Shown here piece after piece: positions 1 through 12,147 of a DNA stretch of 64,000 bases. Origin of the DNA: Mobula hypostoma (Eukaryota); assembly GCF_963921235.1 (NCBI RefSeq), contig NC_086097.1, positions 244,468,001 through 244,532,000 of the forward strand, written 5' to 3'. The notes beneath the pieces were generated by a model. That model did not search any database and was not told the DNA's origin. It worked only from the letters and a program-made list of their open reading frames with translations. Position 1 is the stretch's first letter; every line of letters begins with the position of its first letter. The position numbers were made by a program, and so were the translations under genes.

Positions 1-98
1 CGCCTCTTCCTATAGATGCTGCCTGGCCTGCTGCGTTCACCAGCAACTTTGATGTGTGTTGCTTGAATTTCCAGCATCTGCAGAATTCCTGTTGTTTG
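1..98 (+). mobile_element. Penelope terminal-repeat 3' end (cut by window edge)
   Basis: Same sequence as the repeat following the hammerheads at 7660-7720 and 22185-22240. Confidence 0.75.
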
Positions 99-219
99 GA
101 GGAGAAGCTGTACTCGGTGCTGTCACAAGATCAAAGAAGATGGAGGTGCATAGCCGCCAACCCGGGATTCGGGACGGCACCCACTGACTGACTCAGCAGT
201 CTGAGATACCCACTCACTT

Positions 220-1140
220 CAAACAGGCTTCAATTATACTGGTGTTCAAGAAGAACGTGGTAACCTGACTCAATGACTATCATCCAGTAGCATTTACATC
301 CACTGTGAAGTGCTTTGAGAGGTTGCTGATGAAACATATCAACTCCAGCTGAGAAGTGACTTGGATCCACTCCAATTTGCCTACCATCGCAACAGGTGAA
401 CAACATATGACATTGCATTGGCTCTTCACTCAACCCTGGAACATCTGGTCAGCAAGGATACATTCATCAGTTTGCAAAGATTTGGCATGTCACCTAAAAC
501 TTTGACAAACTTCTACAAATGTATGGTGGAGAGTACATTGACTGGATTGCATCATAGCCTGGTATGGAAACACCAATTTGCTTAAATGGAAAATCTTACA
601 TAAAGTAGTGGATACAGCCCAGTCTGTCACGAGTAAAGCCCTCCTCACCATTGAGTATATCTACACAGAGTGCTGTCTCAGGAAAGCAACATCAGGGACT
701 CCCATCAACCAGGCGGGAATCTCTTTTCACTGCTGCCATCAGAAAGAAGGTACAAGAGCCTCAGGACCCACACCACCAGGTATAGCAATGGTTATTACCC
801 CTCAACTATCAGGGTCTTGAACCAGAGGGGATAACTTCACTCAGCTTCACTTTCCCCATCACTGAACTGTTCCCACAACCTATGGACTCACTGTCAAGGG
901 CTCTTCATCTCATGTTCTCCACAGTTATTGTTTATTTATTATTATTATCATTATTATTTCTTTCTTTCTATATTTGCACATTTTGTTCTCTTTCCGTCCT
1001 TTTGGGGGGTGATCTTTCATTAATACTATTGCGATTCTTGTATTTACTTGTGAATGCCTACAAGAAAATGTATCTTGGGATTGTATATGGTGATATATAT
1101 GTACCTAGATAATAACTTTACTTTGATCTTTGAACTTTGA
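220..1140 (+). mobile_element. Rex1/L2-like LINE remnant
   Basis: PVAFTST..KCFERL and DLDPLQFAY motifs, then a 3' region ending in a TTTGAAC-type tail. Confidence 0.65.
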
Positions 1141-1665
1141 ACTCAATGATTTAGGAATGTCTTCTTCCCCTCCACTATCAGATCACCTCACCATTTCGCT
1201 CCCTGGTTGCTCTACTTAGTTACTTTTTATATATTTCTTATAATAACCTATGACAATATTTTATGTACTGCTACCACAAAACATCAAATTTCACAACGTA
1301 TGTCAGTGAGATAAACCTCACTCTGATTTTCCTGTCTTTGTAAACCAGCAAATTTCCTGTCATAAGTCTGTGAGGCTACACCTCATACTGCTTCCACTGG
1401 TACCCTGAAGATTCACTGATACAGAGTCGTTGTCATGTGTGTTGCTCATCGAGTCAGCTCTGCCAGCCTCCCAAAATTCACTACCTCGTACACCGAGTAG
1501 GTCAAGGGCAGCTGACGCAGGAGAAAGCAGCACCTGCAGTTTCCCCTCCAGGGCATGTATCTTCCTGACTTGGAAATATATTTTCACCTACTGGGTCTAA
1601 GTAGAACATAGGACAGTACAGGCCCTGCCGCCCATGATCTTGTGCTGACCTCTTAACCTACTCTA

Positions 1666-2100
1666 GAACACATAACATAAGAAATAGGAGCAGGAGTCGG
1701 CCATCTGGCCCGTCGAGCCTGCTCCACCATTCAATAAGATCATGGCTTATCTGGCCATGGACTCATCTCCACCTACCTGCCTTTTCCCCATAACCCTTAA
1801 TAGCCCTGCTATGCAAAAATCTACCCAACCTTGTCTTAAATATATCAAGGTAGCCTCCACTGCTTCATTGGGCAGAGAATTCCACACTCTCTGGGAAAAG
1901 CAGTTCCTCCTCATCTCCATCCTAAACCTACTCCTCCAAAGCATGAGGCTACGTCTGTTAGTTCTAGTCTCACCTACTAGTGGAGACAATTTTCCTGCCT
2001 CTATTTTACCTGTCCCTTTTCGTAATTTTATGTGTTTCTATGAGATCTCCTCTCATTCTTCTGAATTCCAGTGAGTACAGTCCCAGGCGACCCAGTCTCT
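1666..2100 (-). mobile_element. CR1 LINE 3' fragment
   Basis: ORF 1747..1989 RTN...FRMEMRRNCFSQRVWNSLP; similar to 15230-15660. Confidence 0.8.
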
Positions 2101-4739
2101 GAAGGGAGTTTTGGAAAAGACAGTTTGTATAGTGGGGAGTGTCCACGGTGATTTTTTTCCTGCCTGCTTCTTTGTCCTGAACACATACAAATCCTGCAGT
2201 GACGGTGTGGTAGACCTTTTCGGCTGACCTGACAATTCAGTGTAGTTTTTGTATATTGTGAAAGGATGTGATACAACATTGTTTTTGTCCTCCAGATTTC
2301 TAGGTCAAGGAAGAGTGTATTGAGTTAAGGTACACAATCCAGTCCGTCACAGGCAAAGCCCTCCCCACGTACCGAACCGGAGAGCGTCAGCTAATGTGAG
2401 GCGTCTCTCTACGATGTCAGTGTAGAATTGCACCAGTACGTTCTGGGGGAAAAGGAATTTTACCAACTGCCACAAAAAATACATCCTCTGCTGAGCCTTT
2501 TTGTTAGTGAAGGAGATGTGGTTCTTCCACATGAGGTTCTGTGAAATAATGACACCCAGAAACCTGAACATTGAAACAGTGCTAACTGTAGAGTTGTTGA
2601 TGATGAGTGGGAGGACAACATTATTTTTGTCCTCCAGGTTTCTAGGTCAAGGAAGAGCCTACTGAGTTAACATACACAACCCAGTCCACCACAGGAAAGC
2701 CCTCCCCACCACATTGACATGGAGCGCTGCCACAAGAAAGCAGCATCCATCATCAAAGACCCCCACCACTCAGGCCATGCGCCCTTCTCACTACCACCAT
2801 TGATCAGGAGGTCCTACACAACCAGGCTCAGAAACAGTGGTTACCCTACCACCAGCAGGCTCTCGAACTGGCACGGATAACTTCGCTCACCTCTACTCCG
2901 AGCAGATTCTAAGACCTACAGAGTCACTTTCAAGGACTCTTTACAACTTATTTCTCAGTTCAATAGTTCTCAGTATTGGAACGGCATGACAGAGTAATGG
3001 CCAGCGCAACACCAAACAGCGCCAACTGTAAGATCGGCGTTTGATTCCCACTGTTGCCTGCAAGGAATGTGTACGTTCTCTCTTTGGAGGCCATGTCCAA
3101 AGTAAATTTATCACCAAGCTACATATATGTCACCATATACAATTCTCTGACATTCATTTTCTTGTGGGCACTCACAGTAAAGACAAAGAAACAAAAAAAA
3201 AACCAAAATAATGATAAATAAAAAAGCAATAAATGTCGAGAACATGAGATGAAAAGTCCTTGAAAGTGAGGTATAGGCTGTGGTAACAGTTCAGTGTTGG
3301 GGCAAGTGAAGTTGAGTGAAGTTATCCCTTTTCGTCCAACAGCCTGATGGTTGAGGGGTAGTAACTGTTCCTGAACCTGGTGCTGTGGGTCCTGAGGCTC
3401 CTGTATCTCTTTCCTGATTGCAGCAGGCTCTAATACCAGAGGGCATGCATTTAAGGTGAGAGGGAATAATTAAAAAGGAGATGTGAGGGGCAAGTTTTTA
3501 CATAGTGAGTGGTGGGAGAGGCAGATACAATAGGGACTTCTAAGAGACTTTTAGATAGGCACATGAATGTGAGGAAAATGGAAGGATATGGACATTGTGG
3601 AGGCAGAAAGACTAATTTAGTTGGCCATTTGATTACTAATTTAATTGGTTCGACACAATATTGTGGGCTAAAGGGCCTGTTTCTGTCCTATGTGTTCTAT
3701 GTTCTAATCAGACCTATCCCTCTCCATGTTCATCTTGAAACTAATAGCATCATGGTCACAAGATGTAAAGTGTTTCCCTGCACAAACCTCTTAGCATTTT
3801 AGATATTGACTGGGACTCCCATACTGTAAAAGAGTCAGATGGAATAGAGTTGGACAAATGTGTTCGGGGAATTTTCCTCAGTCAGAACGTAGAGATCCAA
3901 CTACAGAGAGTACGATACTAGATCTCATATTAGGGAACAAGACAGGGAAAGTGATCAGGAGGGCTTAAAAAAGGCATGAGGCTGCTCTAGCAAACAAGAT
4001 GAAGGAGAATCCCAAGGGCTTCAACAGATATACTAAGAGCAGAAGGATAGCAAGGGACAAAATTGGTCTTGCTGAAGATCAAAGTGATCATCTATGTAGG
4101 GAGCTGAAAGAGATGGGGGAGATCTTAAATGGATTCTTTTGCATCCATTTTTTTTAACCAGGACGCAGACATGGAGTCTATGGAAGTGAGGCAAAACAGC
4201 AGTATAAAGATTACAGACGAGGAGGTGTTTGCTGCCTTGAGGCAAATTAGGGTGGATAAATTGCCAGAGCATGATAAGGTGTTCCTTCAGACCGCGAGGG
4301 AAGCTGGTGCAGAAATTGCCGAGACCCCAGCAGAGATGTTGAAAACATACTCACCAATGGGTGAGGTGCCACAGAGAATGGAGTACCTGGAGGAGATCGC
4401 TCAAATCCCCAGCCCGCCAATCCGCAACAAGAAAGAATGGGCGAGAACATGAGAAAAAAAGCATCTGACTGAAAGAGGTCAATATAAACCACAGTCCAAT
4501 CCACATATCTCAGCATTTCAATAACATCTCCGAGAGCATCGGGACCCAGCGGCCCCTCCCACGGCCACAACTCGAACCAGCAGCCCCTCCCACGGCCACA
4601 ACTCGAACCAATGGCATCTCCAAGGAAAGTGACTTGAACCAGCAGCCTCCCCGAGAACTGTTTGCTCTCCATTGCATTTGCCTCAATATTTCAATCTACC
4701 TGGATGCTTTAATCGGTGAAAAATGTCTTATGCTGCAAG

Positions 4740-5552
4740 ACCATAAGACCACAATACATTGGAGCAGAAATAGGCTACTCGGCCCATTGTGTCTGCTCCG
4801 TCATTCCATGATGGCTGATTTATTTTCCCTCTCAACCCCTCTCTCCTGCTTTCTCCCCGTAACCTTTGACATCCTGTCTAACCAAGAACCTATCAACCTC
4901 CGCTCTAAATATACCCAATGACTTGGCCTCCACAGCCATCCCCGACATTGAATTCCACAGATTCATCGCCCTCTGGATATAAAGATTGCTCCTCATCACT
5001 GCTCCAAATGGACATCCCTCTATTCTGAGGCCATGCCCTCAGGAACCTGACTGATGCAGTACAGAAACATTCTTATCACATCCACTCCACCCAGGCCTCT
5101 CAATATTCGAAAGACTTCAATGAGATCCTCCTCTTACTCATCTAAACAACAGCATGCACAGGCTCAGAGCCACTAAACACTCCCCACACAACAACCCCAC
5201 CGTTCCCAGAATCACTCCCACAAACTTTCCCTGGGACCTTTCCAATGCCAACACATCATGCCCTAGATAATGGATCCAAATCAACTCACCATACTCCAAG
5301 TGCTGTCTGACTATTACCCACAAAGGCTCAGCATCACATCCCAACTCTGGGTCTCCAGACCTCTTGAAACGAATGCGAACAATGTACCTGCACCCCGCAC
5401 CCCGCACCACTGACCCAACCCACGCCAACTCCCAGAGAACCCTACACAAGGAGCCCTTGAACCTCTGATCCCTGAATCCGCTCCCCGCTCAGAAAACAGA
5501 CCACACCTTCATTCCCTCCACCAGAATCCTCGACCACACACATCACCGCACT
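4740..5552 (-). mobile_element. CR1 LINE 3' fragment with skewed T-to-C (+ strand) substitutions
   Basis: ORF 5138..5449 retains VRQHLEYGELIW...DVLALER; homologous to 51470-52270. Confidence 0.75.
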
Positions 5553-6750
5553 ATGCCAGTGTTCGGTTCTGGGTGTCAGATGTGGGATTTCCAGGAGACT
5601 TACCAGCCTCCCCGATGGCCACACCTGCACCAGGTGCATCGAGATGCGGCTCCTTAGAGACTGTGTTACGGAACTGGAACTGCAGCTCGATGACTTGGTT
5701 TGTTTAGGGAAAGTGAAACAGTGACAGACAAGAGCTTGCAGGGAGGTAGTCACCCCAAGGTTGCAGGAGACAGACAAATGGGTCACTGTCAGGAGAGGGA
5801 AGGGAGAACATCAGATAGTGTAAAGCACCCCTGTGGCCGTCCCCCTTAACAATAAGTTCTCCATTTTGAGTGCTGTTGGGGGTGGACAACCTACCTGGGG
5901 GAAGCAACAGCGACCGTGCCTCTGGCATTGAGTCTGGTCTCGTGGCTCAGAAAGGTAAGGAACTGAAGATGATAGCAGCAGTAGTAGGGGACTCTATAGT
6001 CAGGGGGACAGGTAGGCGATCCTGTGGATGCAAAAAGGAAATACGGATGATAGTTTGCCTTCCAGGTGCCAGGGTCTGTGATGTTTCTGAACGTGTCCAC
6101 AATATCCTGAAATGGGGGGGGGGGGGGTGTGAGGAGCCAGAAGTCATGGTGCATATTGGTACTAGCAACATGCATAGAAAAAGGGAGGAGACCCTGAAGA
6201 AAGAATACAGAGAGTTAGAAAGGAAGCTGAGAAGCAGGACCTCAAGGGTAGTAATTTCGGGATCGCTGCCTGTACCATGCAACAGTGAGGATAGGAGTAG
6301 AATGAGGTGGCAGATAAATGTGTGGCTGAAAAATTGGAGCAGGGTAGGGGTTCAGATTTCTGGTTCATTGGGATGTCTTTTGGGGCAGGTGTGACCTGTA
6401 CAAAAGGGACAGATTGGTACTTGAGTCCAAGGGGGACCAATATTCTTGTGGGCAGGTTTGCTACAGCTGTTGGGAGTGGTTTAAACTAACATGGCAGGGG
6501 GATGGGAACCAGTATGTTAGAGCTGAGAATGAGCCAGCAGGCTTACAAACAGACGATGGATGTGACATGAATGTAAGGAAGGTCAAGCCAATGATTGGGT
6601 ACAAATGCAGACAGAACAAAGAATTCAATTGTACCTCAGAGGCAAAATTTAAAAGGGCAAAAAATCCAAGACTGAAGGTACTGTATTTAAATGCGCATAG
6701 CATTCGGAATAAGATGGACAAACCTCTGGCGCAATTAGAGATTGGTTGGT
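5553..6750 (+). mobile_element. CR1 LINE 5' region: ORF1 (zinc-finger/leucine-zipper-like plus SGNH esterase) and start of ORF2; continues at about 8320-9210
   Basis: HTCTRCIEMRLLRDCVTELELQLDDL; VVGDSIVRG, VCLPGARV, VMVHIGTSN; LKVLYLNAHSIRNK. Confidence 0.8.
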
Positions 6751-7350
6751 ATTGAAGAGGTCCTTCTGCAGCTGTACAGGTCCCTGGTGAGACCACACCT
6801 GGAGTATTGTGTGCAGTTTTGGTCTCCAAATTCGAGGAAGGACATTCTTGCTATTGAGGGAGTGCAGCGTAGGTTCACAAGGTTAATTCCTGGGATGGCG
6901 GGACTGTCATACGTCGAAAGATTGGAGCGACTGGGCTTGTATACTCTAGAATTTAGAAGGCTGAGAGGGGATCTTATTGAAACATATAAGATTAGTAAGG
7001 GATTGGACACGCTGCAGGCAGGAAGCATTATCCCGCTGACGGGTGAGTCCAGAACCAGAGGCCACAGTTTAAGAATTAGGGGTAAGCCATTTAGAACGGA
7101 GCTGAGGAAAAACTTTTTCACCCACAGAGTGGTGGATATATGGAATGCTCTGCCCCAGAAGGCTGTGGAGGCCAAGTCTCTGGATGCTTTCAAAAAAGAG
7201 ATGGATAGAGCTTTTAAAGATAGTGGAATCAAAGGTAATGGGGATAAGGCAGGAACTGGATACTGATTGTGGATGATCAGCCATGATCACAGTGAATGGC
7301 GGTGCTGGCTTGAAGGGCCGAATGGCCTACTCCTGCACCTATTGTCTGTT
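6750..7350 (+). mobile_element. CR1 LINE 3' fragment (young)
   Basis: ORF 6742..7266 [15 protein letters not shown]...WNALP; TATTGTC-type tail. Confidence 0.85.
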
Positions 7351-7354
7351 GTCT

Positions 7355-7720
7355 ATTTTGACTCAGACTCGCTATCACAGCCATATATCCTTTCTTGGAA
7401 CGTGCCTCCATCGCCAACGTACTCCAGTTAGCTTTAGGATTCGTTTTCGAGCCTCTCAATTTGGACCTTCTGAGGATTCCAGGTACTCCCTCCCATATCC
7501 CTTTTGCCAATCACCTGTCCAGCTCTTGGCTCCATCCCTCCCCCTCCTGTCTTCTCCTATCATTTTGGATCTCCCCCTCCCCCTCCCACTTTCAAATCTC
7601 TTACTAGCTCTTCCTTCAGTTAGTCCTGATGAAGGGTCTCGGCCCAAAACGTCGACTGTACCTCTTCCTAGAGATGCTGCCTGGCCCGCTGCGTTCACCA
7701 GCAACTTTGATGTGTATTGC
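7355..7720 (+). mobile_element. Penelope-like fragment with terminal repeat
   Basis: C/T-rich segment shared with 63940-64000, followed by the hammerhead and terminal repeat. Confidence 0.7.
7622..7657 (+). ncRNA. Hammerhead motif, probably inactive (GAAA changed to AAAA)
   Basis: AGTC-CTGATGA-A-GGGTCTCGGCCC-AAAA-CGTC-GACT; perfect stem I and ACGT palindrome, but catalytic G12 lost at 7646. Confidence 0.65.
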
Positions 7721-8319
7721 TATAATAACACTTGATTAATTTTGAATCTCCAGTGAATATAGATGATTTACAGAACCCACAAGATTGTATTGCCCTCCGT
7801 AACAATGCTTGTTAGATTTAGATTCACTTATCACAGGTACATCAAAACATACAGTGAAAAGCATCATTTATGTTGGCAACCAACACAGCCAAGGATGCAC
7901 TGAGTACCACTACATATTCCGGCACTGAAGTAACGTGCCCACAATGTTATGTTGCTTCTGAATCGTGATGTGATGCAGGAACAAATGGGTTCATGGTTAT
8001 GAGACACAGTTATAATGAGCAGGAGATGTGCTTTCATACAGACAGGTCAGGCTAGGTCAGACAAGTCAGACAATATCATGTTTATATGGGGCTGCTGAAA
8101 ATGATGAAGGAAAGAACAATTTATTAATGATTATTAAGGGAACAAGAATATGTAGATTCTGATACCAGATTGGGGGAAGATAAGTGTTTTGGGAAAGTGA
8201 AACCTTGTATGTGCAAGATCATGAGGCTATAGAATGTGCTTTTATTATTGAAACAGATATTGGCACATCGAAAATAGCACAGTGCAGGCTGTTCGGCCCT
8301 TGATGTTGTGCCAACCTGT

Positions 8320-9210
8320 CGTGGCTGAAAGAAGGCCATAGCTGGGAGCTTAACATGAAAGGATAAATTTTGTATCAAAAGAAAGACAGGAAGGCATAGA
8401 CAGTGGTGTGTCTCTGTTGGTAAGATATGGAATTACATCTTTAGAAAGAGGTGACATAGGGTCAGAGAATGTTGAATCTCTGTGGATGGAGTTAAGAAAT
8501 TGCAAGTGTGAAAAAAAACCGTTATGGGAATCAGAGTTAGACCTTCAAATAGTAGCCAGGATTTGGGGCTGAGGTTGCAAAGGGAGCTGGAAAAGGCATG
8601 TAATAAGGGTAATGACACCATTGTAAGGAGGGACTTCAATATGCAGGGGCATTGGGAAAATCAGGTTAGTGCTGGATCGCAAGAGAGGGAATTTGTTGAA
8701 TGCCTACAGGGTGGCTTTTGATTCAGCCTACTTGAAGAAAGGCTATCATGGATTCAGTGCTGTGTAATAATTATTGGGGACCTTAATGTAGAGGAACCCT
8801 TAGGAGGCAGTGGTGATAACATAGTTGAGTTCATACTGCAATTTGAGAGAGAGAAGCTTAAACCATACGTATCAGTATCGCAATGGGATAAGGAGAATTG
8901 CAGGGGCATGAGAGAGGACTTGCCCAGGTGGATTGGAGGAGGATACTGGCAGCACAGAGGTGGCTGAAGTTTCTGGAAATAGTTCACAAGGCACGGGATA
9001 GGTATGTCCCACAGAAGAGGTTCTCAAATGGCGGGGGTAGGCAACCGTGATGACAAGGGAAGTTAAGGACTGCATAAAAGCCAAGGAAAGGGCATATAAG
9101 GTAGCAAAAGTGAGTTGGAAGTTGGATGATTGGGAAGCTTTTAAAATCCAGCAAAAGGCAATTAAAAAGCTGTAAAAAGAGAAATGATGAAATATGAAGG
9201 CAAGCTAGCC
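8320..9210 (+). mobile_element. CR1 ORF2 APE endonuclease fragment
   Basis: RPSNSSQD, RDFNMQGHW, GGSGDNIVEF-like motifs; decayed. Confidence 0.7.
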
Positions 9211-9780
9211 AATGTACGGTAATGCATTTTGGTAAAAAGAATAATTGTGCGGACTATTATCAAAATGGGGGAAGGTACAAACATCAGAGATACAGAAGAA
9301 CTTAGGAGTCCTCATGCAAGACTCCCAGAAAATTAATTTACAGGTTGAGTCTGTGGTAAAGAAGGATTGAGTGGGATCCAGGATCAGCCATGATGGAATA
9401 GCGGAGCTGATCAATGGGCTAAATGGCCTAATTCTGCTCCTATGTCTTATACTCCATCTGTCACTCCCCTGCCCAATCTCCCAACCTGTGCAAGTCCTTT
9501 CGCAGACACCTCACGCCCACCCACCCCCCCATCACTACCCACCCCTGTAAATTCAGATGGTGTTTGCTATGCCTTTCCTGTCACAGGAGCTCAGTTCCAT
9601 TCTATAGGGGCATCCTTCTATTCTGAAGCTGTGCTCTCTGGTCCTTGACCCTCTTCCAGTGAGGAGAGGGCATGTCCTGGTTGATATAGAGTCATAGCAT
9701 CATAGAACACTCCCACACAAAACACGCCCTTTGTGCCATCTAGTCCTTTCTCAATTTTTAGTCTGCATAGTCCCTTTGAC

Positions 9781-10100
9781 CCCAACAATACCCCTCCTAT
9801 CCTAGTCTCTTTAACTCAGACCATACCCCTCCCATCCTAGTCCCTTCGACCCAGACCATAGCCCTCCCATCCTAGTCCCTTCGACCCAGACCATAGCCCT
9901 CCCATCCTGGTCCCTTCGACCAGGACCATACCCCTCCCATCCTGGTCTCTTTGGCCCAGACCATAGCTCTTCATACATTACCCATCCTGGTCCCTTCGAC
10001 CAGGACCATAGCTCTCCATACCCTTCCCATCCTAGTCCCTTCGACTCACACCGTACCCCTCCCATCCTGGTCTCTTCAACCCGGACCATACCCCTCCCAT
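9781..10100. repeat. Minisatellite, about 35-bp unit GACCATA(C/G)CCCTCCCATCCT(A/G)GTCCCTTCGACCCA, about 8-9 copies, inside a CR1 3' end
   Basis: Tandem copies visible directly; flanked by minus-strand CR1 sequence (9690-9780 and 10100-10580). Confidence 0.85.
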
Positions 10101-11413
10101 TCGACTCAAACTTCTCTTAAGTGTTGAAATTGAACCTGCATCCACCACTTGCAATGGCAGCTCGTTCCACACTACCATCACCCACTGAGTGAAGAAATTC
10201 CCCCTCTTGTTCCCCTTAATCAAATCACCTTTCACACTTAACCCCTGACCTATAATTCCAGTCCCACCCAACCTCAAGGGAAAATGCCTGCTTGCATTTA
10301 CTCCTCAGAATGTTGCATACCTCTATCAAATCTCAGTTCATTCTCCGATGCCCCAGGGAATAGAGTTCAACTTATTTAACCTCTCCCTGTGACTCAGGAC
10401 CTCGCGTCACAGCAACATACTTGACAACTTTCTCTGCACTCTGTCAATCTTTCCTGCAGGTAGGTGACCAAAACTGCACACAATACTCCAAATGCAGCCT
10501 CATTAACATCTCATACAGAACTCCCCAACTCCTACACTCAATATTTTGATTTATGAAGGCCAATGTGCCAGAATCTTTCTTTACAACACGTGTTCCCAAC
10601 CCGGGGCCCAAGGACCCTCGGTTAATGGTAGGGGTCCATGACGTAAAAAAGGTTGTGAATCCGTGCTCTACGCCCTTGACTGTATGGCTAGGCACAGCTC
10701 AAATGACATCCATAAATTTGTCAATGATACAACTGATTTAAATGAAGTAAACAAATAAACTATTTTAAATAAAGTAAATCAACAGAAATAAATTTACTTC
10801 TAACCTTAAACTTGAACTTTGAACTGTTGGCAGAATCTCAGATGTTGACCAGGCATCGAGGACTGAGTTAGATCAGCTGGTTGAGTGGTGTCATAAGCAT
10901 TCAGCTACAGCAAAACCAAGGATTTGATTATGGACTTCAGGAAGGGGAAGTCTGGAGACACAGACCAGTCCTCATTGAGGGGTCAGTTGGGGAAAGGGTG
11001 AGCAGTTTCAAGTTCCTGGAGTCAACATCTCAAAGATCTATCCCAAGCCCAACATACTGATGCAACCTCAAAGGCATCATGCCAGCAGTTCAAGTCATTT
11101 TGAGTTTTGAGCAATTTTTGAGCAATAATACTCACCAAAATATCTTACAGATTTCTATAGATGTACAGTGGAGAGCACTCTGCATGGTTGTATCACAGTC
11201 TGGAATGGAGCCTCCAATGCCACAGTCACTGTGAACTCAACCAGCCCCGTCACAGGCACAAACCTCCCCACTATCGAGGACATCTTCAACAGATGATGTC
11301 TCAAGAAGGTGGCACCCATTATTAAGGACCCTCACCATGCAGGACATAACCTCTTCTCATTATTACCAGCGGGGAGGAGGTACTGGAGCCTGAAGACTCA
11401 TACTCAACGATTC

Positions 11414-12040
11414 ATAGAACATAGAAATCTACAGTAATCTTGTTGTGCTGACCCATGTAACCTACTCTAGAAACCGCCTAGAATTTCCCTCCCTCATAGC
11501 CCTCTATTTTTCTAAGCTCCATGTACCTATCTAAGAGTCTCTTAAAAGACCCTATCGTATCCACTTCCACCACCGCCACTGGCAGTGTATTCCACACACT
11601 CACCACCCTCTGTGTGAAAAACTTACCCCTGACATCCCCCTTGTACTTACTTCCAGGCGCCTTAAAACTATGTCCCTCGTGTTAGTCATTTCAGCCCTGG
11701 GAAAAAGCCTCTGGCTATCCACATGATCAATGCCTCTCATCATCTTATATACCTCTTTCGGGTCACCTCCCATCCTCCGTCGCTCCAAGGAGAAAAGGGC
11801 AAGTTTACTCAACCTATTCTCATAAGGCATGCTCTCCAATCCAGGCAACATGTTTGTAAATCTCCTCTGCAGTCTCTCTATAGTATCCACATCCTTCCTG
11901 TAGTGAAGTGACCAGAACTGACACAGTACTCCAGGTGGGGTCTAACCAAGGTCTTATATAACAGTAACATTACCTCACGGCTCTTGAACACAATCCCACG
12001 GTTGATGAAGGCCATCACACCATATGCCTTCTTAACAACC
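11414..12040 (-). mobile_element. CR1 LINE 3' fragment nested in a Rex/L2-like LINE tail
   Basis: ORFs 11600..11890 and 11878..12120; same family as 20910-21525 and 32870-33490. Confidence 0.82.
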
Positions 12041-12147
12041 TGATTTTGGGACAGCTTCTTCCCCTCTGCCATCAGATTTCTGAACTCGGGAATACTGCCA
12101 CATAATTCCTTATTTTGCATTATTTACATATTTTGTAATTTTTAGTA

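Noticed and set aside
4546..4650. Short 31-bp tandem duplication (cagcagcccctcccacggccacaactcgaac)
   Set aside because: Only 2-3 copies within repeat debris; no sign of function.
5870..6394. GDSL/SGNH esterase-like ORF as a host enzyme
   Set aside because: Position directly upstream of a CR1 ORF2 start identifies it as CR1 ORF1.
9781..10100. CRISPR-like array of about 35-bp repeats
   Set aside because: Units are contiguous with no unique spacers, there are no cas genes, and the context is a eukaryotic LINE.
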